A stretch of 64,000 nucleotides of DNA, taken from Bacillota bacterium (GTDB lineage Bacteria > Bacillota > Clostridia > Christensenellales > UBA3700). The stretch is taken from NCBI GenBank assembly GCA_023396095.1, contig JAEWXG010000012.1, forward strand, positions 253,365 to 317,364, written 5' to 3'. The first letter of the stretch is position 1. Every line of letters starts with the position of its first letter. Below the pieces are notes generated by a model. It was not told where the DNA came from and made no database searches. It worked only from the letters and a program-made list of their open reading frames with translations. Position numbers and translations under genes: made by a program. Positions 59,030 through 64,000 of this stretch are shown in pieces.

Positions 59030-60583
59030 TTAAATTCTATCTAGCAATATTTTACCTGTCATTTCCTTAGGAACATCTAATCCCATTAAATACAACATAG
59101 TCGGCGCAATATCAGAAAGTTTCCCTACTGAATTAAACCTATAATCAATATCACTGCCGGCTAAAATTAAAGGAACTGGGTTTGTTGTATGAGCTGTGAA
59201 CGGCTCCTTTGTTTCTAAATCAAACATAACATCACAATTCCCATGGTCTGCTGTTATTAACACATTCCCATTTATTTCTTTTATAGCAGCAACCAATTTT
59301 TTCACACAACTATCCGTGATAGAAACTGCTGTTTGCGCTGCTTTAAAAACTCCAGTATGTCCAACCATATCACAATTGGCAAAATTTAAAATCATACATC
59401 CATATTTGCCAGTTTTGATTTCTTCTATGGCCCTATCGCAAACTTCTTGCGCCTTCATCTCTGGCTCCAAATCAAATGTTGCAACTTTAGAAGAAGGTAT
59501 TAAAACTCTTTCCTCCCCGGCATTAGGTTTCTCCACGCCGCCATTAAAGAAAAATGTTACATGCGCATATTTTTGTGTTTCTGCTATCCTCAATTGATTA
59601 ATACCAAGACTTGACAAATATTCTCCTAATGTATTTATATATGTTTCTGGAGAATATGCTACTTTTAACATTGAGTTGTAATTAACATCATATTGTGTAA
59701 AAGATACAAAAGTTAATCCTAAAAATCCTTTCTTTCTCTCAAACGAATTAAACTTTTCATCAATAAACGCTTTTGTTATTTGTCTGGCTCTATCCGGTCT
59801 AAAATTAAAGAAAATAAATGAATCCCCTTTCTCTATTATTCCTATAGGTCTATCATTCTTGTCCGAAATAACTGTCGGCAAAACAAATTCATCTGTTATA
59901 TTTTTGTTATATGAATTCTGAATTGCTTCAATAGGATCGTGCTCAATAACTCCGACCCCATCAACCATAGCTTGATAACCTTTTTCAACTCTGTCCCAGA
60001 TATTATCACGATCCATAGTATAATATCTACCAGCAATAGTTGCGATTTTTCCAACTCCAACTTTTTTAATATATTGCTCTAACTTTTCAATATATCCTTT
60101 CCCGCTAGTCGGAGGAACATCTCTTCCATCTAATAAACAATGAATATAAACTTTTTCAAGCCCTTCCTTTTTTACAAGATCTAAAAGTGCATATAAATGT
60201 TGAATATCAGAATGAACTCCTCCATCTGATAATAGCCCCATTAAATGTAGCGCCTTATTGTTTGCTTTTGCATTTTTAACAGCTTCTAATAACGCTTTAT
60301 TCTCAAAAAAATCACCATCTTGAATTGATTTAGTTATTCTCGTTAATTCTTGATAAATTATACGGCCTGCACCAATATTTAAATGTCCCACTTCACTGTT
60401 ACCCATTTGCCCTTCTGGAAGTCCAACCGCTAAACCGGAAGCCTCTAAAGAAGTGTTAGGGTTTGTCTTTAGCAATGAATAGTAATATGGGGCTGTCTGG
60501 TGAGATATGGCATTGTTCTCAGCTTCAGGAGCAATCCCGAATCCGTCCATTATTATCAACCCTACAAATTTATGTTTTTTCAT
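59030..60583 (-). CDS. gpmI: 2,3-bisphosphoglycerate-independent phosphoglycerate mutase
   Basis: GQMGNSEVGHLNIGAGR and ITADHGNCD. 517 aa. Confidence 0.95.
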   Translation of the reverse strand: MKKHKFVGLIIMDGFGIAPEAENNAISHQTAPYYYSLLKTNPNTSLEASGLAVGLPEGQMGNSEVGHLNIGAGRIIYQELTRITKSIQDGDFFENKALLEAVKNAKANNKALHLMGLLSDGGVHSDIQHLYALLDLVKKEGLEKVYIHCLLDGRDVPPTSGKGYIEKLEQYIKKVGVGKIATIAGRYYTMDRDNIWDRVEKGYQAMVDGVGVIEHDPIEAIQNSYNKNITDEFVLPTVISDKNDRPIGIIEKGDSFIFFNFRPDRARQITKAFIDEKFNSFERKKGFLGLTFVSFTQYDVNYNSMLKVAYSPETYINTLGEYLSSLGINQLRIAETQKYAHVTFFFNGGVEKPNAGEERVLIPSSKVATFDLEPEMKAQEVCDRAIEEIKTGKYGCMILNFANCDMVGHTGVFKAAQTAVSITDSCVKKLVAAIKEINGNVLITADHGNCDVMFDLETKEPFTAHTTNPVPLILAGSDIDYRFNSVGKLSDIAPTMLYLMGLDVPKEMTGKILLDRI

Positions 60584-60584
60584 A

Positions 60585-61334
60585 TTAATATTTAACCACT
60601 TGTGAAAAATCGACTGCCTTCAAGCTTGCCCCACCAATTAAGCCGCCGTCTATTTCTGGCATTGCCATTAATTCAGCAGCATTTTTAGGATTCATACTTC
60701 CACCATATTGTATTCTTAAACTATTTTCAGCAATTTCTTTTCCATACAATTTGGAAACTGTATCTCTTACAATCTTAATTGTGTCATTTGCTTCTTGAGA
60801 CGTTGCTGTTTTTCCTGTCCCTATAGCCCAAATTGGCTCATATGCTATCACGATTTTTTCAATATCTTCTTTAGCAATATTTACTAAAGCCTTAGTTGTC
60901 TGTCTAACAATAACTTCTTCAACCTTGTTAGACTCTCTCTCTTCCAAACTTTCTCCAACGCAAATTATTGGCTTCAAGCCTTTTGCTAGTGCTTGAATTG
61001 TTCTTTTATTTACTGTTTCATCAGTTTCACCAAAATATTGTCTTCTTTCACTGTGCCCAATAATTACATATTCTACATTAAGTTCTTTTAACATATCTGC
61101 AGAAATTTCTCCGGTAAAAGCACCTTTATCTGCCCAATGAACATTTTCAGCACCTAGCTTAATGTTTGTATTTTTAATTAATTCTCCTGCCGTTTGTATA
61201 TTTGTATATGGCACACATACAACAACTTCCGCTTTAGCGTCACTAACTAAAGGGATTAAATCCGTTAACAATTGTCTTGTATCAGCAATTGTATTATTCA
61301 TTTTCCAGTTTCCTGCTATAATTGGTTTTCTCAT
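60585..61334 (-). CDS. tpiA: triosephosphate isomerase
   Basis: IIAGNWKMN, IIGHSERR and AYEPIWAIGTGKTAT. Confidence 0.96.
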   Translation of the reverse strand: MRKPIIAGNWKMNNTIADTRQLLTDLIPLVSDAKAEVVVCVPYTNIQTAGELIKNTNIKLGAENVHWADKGAFTGEISADMLKELNVEYVIIGHSERRQYFGETDETVNKRTIQALAKGLKPIICVGESLEERESNKVEEVIVRQTTKALVNIAKEDIEKIVIAYEPIWAIGTGKTATSQEANDTIKIVRDTVSKLYGKEIAENSLRIQYGGSMNPKNAAELMAMPEIDGGLIGGASLKAVDFSQVVKY

Positions 61335-61348
61335 TTTTTCTTCTCCTT

Positions 61349-62539
61349 TTACTTACTATTTAAACAATCTACCCCTGGCAAAACTTTACCTTCAAGTAAT
61401 TCTAAGCTTGCTCCACCGCCAGTTGAAACATGTGAAACTTTGTCAGCAAAACCCAATTGAGTAATTGCCGCAACGCTATCTCCTCCTCCAACAATTGTTG
61501 TTGCCCCTTTTGCCAAAGTTAAACTCTCTGCTATATATTCTGTCCCAACTGCAAAGTTTGGCATTTCAAAAACTCCCATTGGTCCATTCCATACAATAGT
61601 TTTTGCATCAACAATAATTTTTCTAAACAACTCTCTTGATTTTGGGCCAATATCTAACCCCATCCAACCATCAGGAATTCCACCTTCAAAAACTTGTATA
61701 TTTGCATCATTAGAAAACTCATCAGCCGCAACTTGATCAATAGGTAATATTAGTTTAACTTTCCTTTCTTCGGCCTTTTTTAACAAGCTTTTTGCCAAAT
61801 CAATTTTATCTTCTTCGCACAAAGATTTTCCGATATTTTTCCCTTGAGCTTTCATAAATGTATATGCCATTCCACCACCGATAATAACAGCATCACATTT
61901 ATTTAACAAATTTTCAATAACTCCTATTTTATCTGAAACTTTTGCTCCTCCTAAAATTGCAACCAGTGGTCTTACCGGTGCATCAATAGCGTTACCGAGC
62001 ATTTGTATTTCTTTCTCTAATAAAAATCCGCTCACTGCGTCTTTAATAAAACCATATTGAACTACTCCAGCAGTTGAGGCATGTGCTCTATGCGCAGTTC
62101 CAAAAGCATCATTTACATATATTTCTCCAAATTGAGCTAAGGCCTTACAGAAATCTTTATCATTTCCTTCTTCTTCGTTATGAAATCTCAAATTCTCTAA
62201 TAGAACAACTTCACCATTTTTACAATTTTCAACAGCCTTTTTTGCACTATCCCCTATAACATCTTCTGCAAATACAACTTTTGTATCCAACAATTGTTGC
62301 AACCTTTCAGCTACAGGTCTTAAAGTATATTTCATATTAAATTCACCCTTTGGTCTTCCCAAGTGTGAACACAAAATAACTTTTGCATTTTTACTGATTA
62401 AATACTTGATAGTTGGTAGCGCGCCTAATATTCTTGTTTCATCTGTTATAACCCCATCCTTTAAAGGAACATTAAAATCAACTCTAACTAAACATTTCTT
62501 CCCGCTAACATTAATATCAGCAATAGTTTTCTTTTCCAT
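61349..62539 (-). CDS. pgk: phosphoglycerate kinase
   Basis: [20 protein letters not shown] and [10 protein letters not shown]. Confidence 0.96.
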   Translation of the reverse strand: MEKKTIADINVSGKKCLVRVDFNVPLKDGVITDETRILGALPTIKYLISKNAKVILCSHLGRPKGEFNMKYTLRPVAERLQQLLDTKVVFAEDVIGDSAKKAVENCKNGEVVLLENLRFHNEEEGNDKDFCKALAQFGEIYVNDAFGTAHRAHASTAGVVQYGFIKDAVSGFLLEKEIQMLGNAIDAPVRPLVAILGGAKVSDKIGVIENLLNKCDAVIIGGGMAYTFMKAQGKNIGKSLCEEDKIDLAKSLLKKAEERKVKLILPIDQVAADEFSNDANIQVFEGGIPDGWMGLDIGPKSRELFRKIIVDAKTIVWNGPMGVFEMPNFAVGTEYIAESLTLAKGATTIVGGGDSVAAITQLGFADKVSHVSTGGGASLELLEGKVLPGVDCLNSK

Positions 62540-62591
62540 TTTTCACCTCGCTCATTTATATATATAAATTATACGTTTTTATTTATTTTAA

Positions 62592-63077
62592 TCAATTAAA
62601 GCGCGTCAATTTCCCAAAGTTTTCAAGCCCGGAAAAATTTTTTTGTCTCTCATATTCATACGCTATTATCGCAACTGAATTAGACAAATTTAAAGACCTA
62701 ATTTCTTCACCCATTGGAATTCTTATGCACTGTTCATAATTTGCATATAAAAGATCTTCAGGCAAACCCTTTGTCTCCTTACCGAAAACAATATAACAAT
62801 CATCCGGATAGTCAACTTCGGAATATATTTTCTTCGATTTAGTGCTTGCAAAAAATTTTACTCCTTCATTTTTAGCAACAAAATCTTCCCAATCTTTATA
62901 TATTTTTATCTCAACAAATCCCCAGTAATCCAGCCCAGCTCTTTTTAAATATTTATCACTAATCGAAAAACCTAACGGTTCAATTAAATGAAGTATTGCC
63001 CCTATTGCCGCGCAAGTTCTAGCTATATTCCCTGTATTTTGTGGAATTTCCGGCTCGTGTAATACAATGTTTAACAT
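62592..63077 (-). CDS. trmL: tRNA (cytidine/uridine-2'-O-)-methyltransferase TrmL (SpoU family)
   Basis: 161 aa with LHEPEIPQNTGNIARTCAA, VFGKETKGLP and RSLNLSNSVAI. Confidence 0.88.
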   Translation of the reverse strand: MLNIVLHEPEIPQNTGNIARTCAAIGAILHLIEPLGFSISDKYLKRAGLDYWGFVEIKIYKDWEDFVAKNEGVKFFASTKSKKIYSEVDYPDDCYIVFGKETKGLPEDLLYANYEQCIRIPMGEEIRSLNLSNSVAIIAYEYERQKNFSGLENFGKLTRFN

Positions 63078-63247
63078 TATTTAAATCTCCTTTCGTTTTC
63101 ATCGTAAAAGAAGCCAGCTTCATTAAGAATTTCATTTACCTCTATGGCTGATATCTGTTCCTCTTTGCAAATTTCCTCTAACGAAAATCCAGTATTTCTC
63201 ATTTTTGTGTTTAAAAATGAAAACAAAATATACGGATCTTTAATCAT
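63077..63247 (-). CDS. DUF4250-family small protein
   Basis: Below the ORF-track cutoff. Manual translation gives MIKDPYILFSFLNTKMRNTGFSLEEICKEEQISAIEVNEILNEAGFFYDENERRFK (56 aa). The start overlaps the upstream stop (ATGATTAA), and the stop overlaps the trmL start (TAATG). Confidence 0.75.
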   Translation of the reverse strand: MIKDPYILFSFLNTKMRNTGFSLEEICKEEQISAIEVNEILNEAGFFYDENERRFK

Positions 63248-64000
63248 TTAACATCTCCTTTCGAAACGATTCTCTTTTTTCTGTTGAAAAATCCTCTTCT
63301 ATTTGTTTTAAAACAAGCCGAGATTCTTTTACCCCAAACATCACGAAATCGTGAATCATTTTATTAAAGGTATATAAATGCACATATGCCTCATCCTTTT
63401 TAACATTGTAGAAATTTATAGCTTGCTCATGTAAAATGTCATAGCTTCCAGTATAAATATCTATCTCTATCTCCCGACTATAGACATATTTTGTGGGATT
63501 CAAAATAGGATCATTTGCATCTAATGAACCTTTAATCTTCTCGAATATCACTCCGCCGCTTTGGACAGACAGTATTGGGTCATTTTTATCAACTTCAGCA
63601 TCAATCTGAACTTCAAGATTAATATCTAAACAAGGAGAAAGTAGTATTAATTTATGTGGCTTATTGCAATTTTCATTCTTCAATAATTCATACAAAAGCA
63701 CACTATTATATCCGCCAGCAGAATCCCCCATAAGTATAATTTTGTCATCTTTGTGATTTTTTTCAATCGCCAAATAATTTTTTAACAATTCTCGTCTTAA
63801 ATCGTCCCCATTATACTTTGGAATTAACGGGTATTTTGATACATAGATTGTAGTTTTTATCAATGATGATAATTTTTTCAACATCTTCCAATGACCACAA
63901 TTAATGGTTCCGGCCCAAGCTCCGCCATTAGAGAAAATAATAATTTTCCCAGGAATACTATCTTTAGGTGTAAGTTTTACAATTGATTCACTCACCAACT
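63240..64000 (-). CDS. alpha/beta-hydrolase fold-3 (HSL-type) esterase, N-terminus outside the window
   Basis: Oxyanion region IIFSNGGAWAG, nucleophile elbow MGDSAGGYNS, and a late D/H (GSYDIL, MIHDF). The reading frame stays open to the window edge. Confidence 0.75.
   Translation of the reverse strand, partial: LVSESIVKLTPKDSIPGKIIIFSNGGAWAGTINCGHWKMLKKLSSLIKTTIYVSKYPLIPKYNGDDLRRELLKNYLAIEKNHKDDKIILMGDSAGGYNSVLLYELLKNENCNKPHKLILLSPCLDINLEVQIDAEVDKNDPILSVQSGGVIFEKIKGSLDANDPILNPTKYVYSREIEIDIYTGSYDILHEQAINFYNVKKDEAYVHLYTFNKMIHDFVMFGVKESRLVLKQIEEDFSTEKRESFRKEMLND

Noticed and set aside
59030-62539. The glycolytic cluster pgk-tpiA-gpmI lacks gap and eno, which could be an anomaly.
   Set aside because: The placement of gap and eno varies among Firmicutes, and the three genes present are intact and canonical. 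Nothing here suggests unusual biology.
1-64000. I looked for CRISPR arrays, tandem or inverted long repeats, IS elements, prophage genes, reverse transcriptases, toxin-antitoxin pairs, and rRNA/tRNA genes.
   Set aside because: I saw no regularly spaced repeats, no transposase, integrase or RT motifs, and no tRNA-like T-arm sequences in the intergenic regions. The scan was by eye and could miss short or degenerate elements.

Overview
The window is AT-rich (roughly 30% GC by eye) and looks like a Clostridia-type Firmicute. That placement rests on the KOW-protein gene between map and infA, the long L17, and the glgBCDA order. Every supported gene except one (51227-52405) is on the minus strand. 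In transcription order, from high to low coordinates, the window holds: a partial esterase; DUF4250-trmL; pgk-tpiA-gpmI; a five-gene envelope operon of unknown function (58962-52465); a convergent cofE-like gene; a near-gapless string of LysR regulator, type III glutamine synthetase, short AlaRS and a Wzx/Wzy glycopolymer cluster with two LicD transferases (50951-36919); a head-group module (36747-32479); a stand-alone AAA_14/DUF4143 ATPase-nuclease; the complete S10-spc-alpha ribosomal superoperon (30645-15039); a seven-gene argGHCJBDF operon; glgBCDA; and the start of glgP. I found no rRNA, tRNA, CRISPR array, transposase, integrase or phage genes. Two real genes fall below the ORF-track size cutoff and were found by hand: rpmJ and a DUF4250 gene. 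The best candidate for undescribed biology is the head-group module. It is a LicC-like nucleotidyltransferase fused to a CobD-like PLP enzyme, coupled to an OCD-family dehydrogenase, a DUF5050 lipoprotein and a small CxxC protein. It probably feeds the two LicD transferases with a self-made CDP-activated phospho-amino-alcohol. Secondary candidates are the five-gene envelope operon around an 858-aa orphan protein, the COG1373-type ATPase-nuclease at the S10 synteny border, and a 592-aa AlaRS that lacks C-Ala and sits inside the glycan operon. All function calls come from motif recognition by eye. No searches were run.
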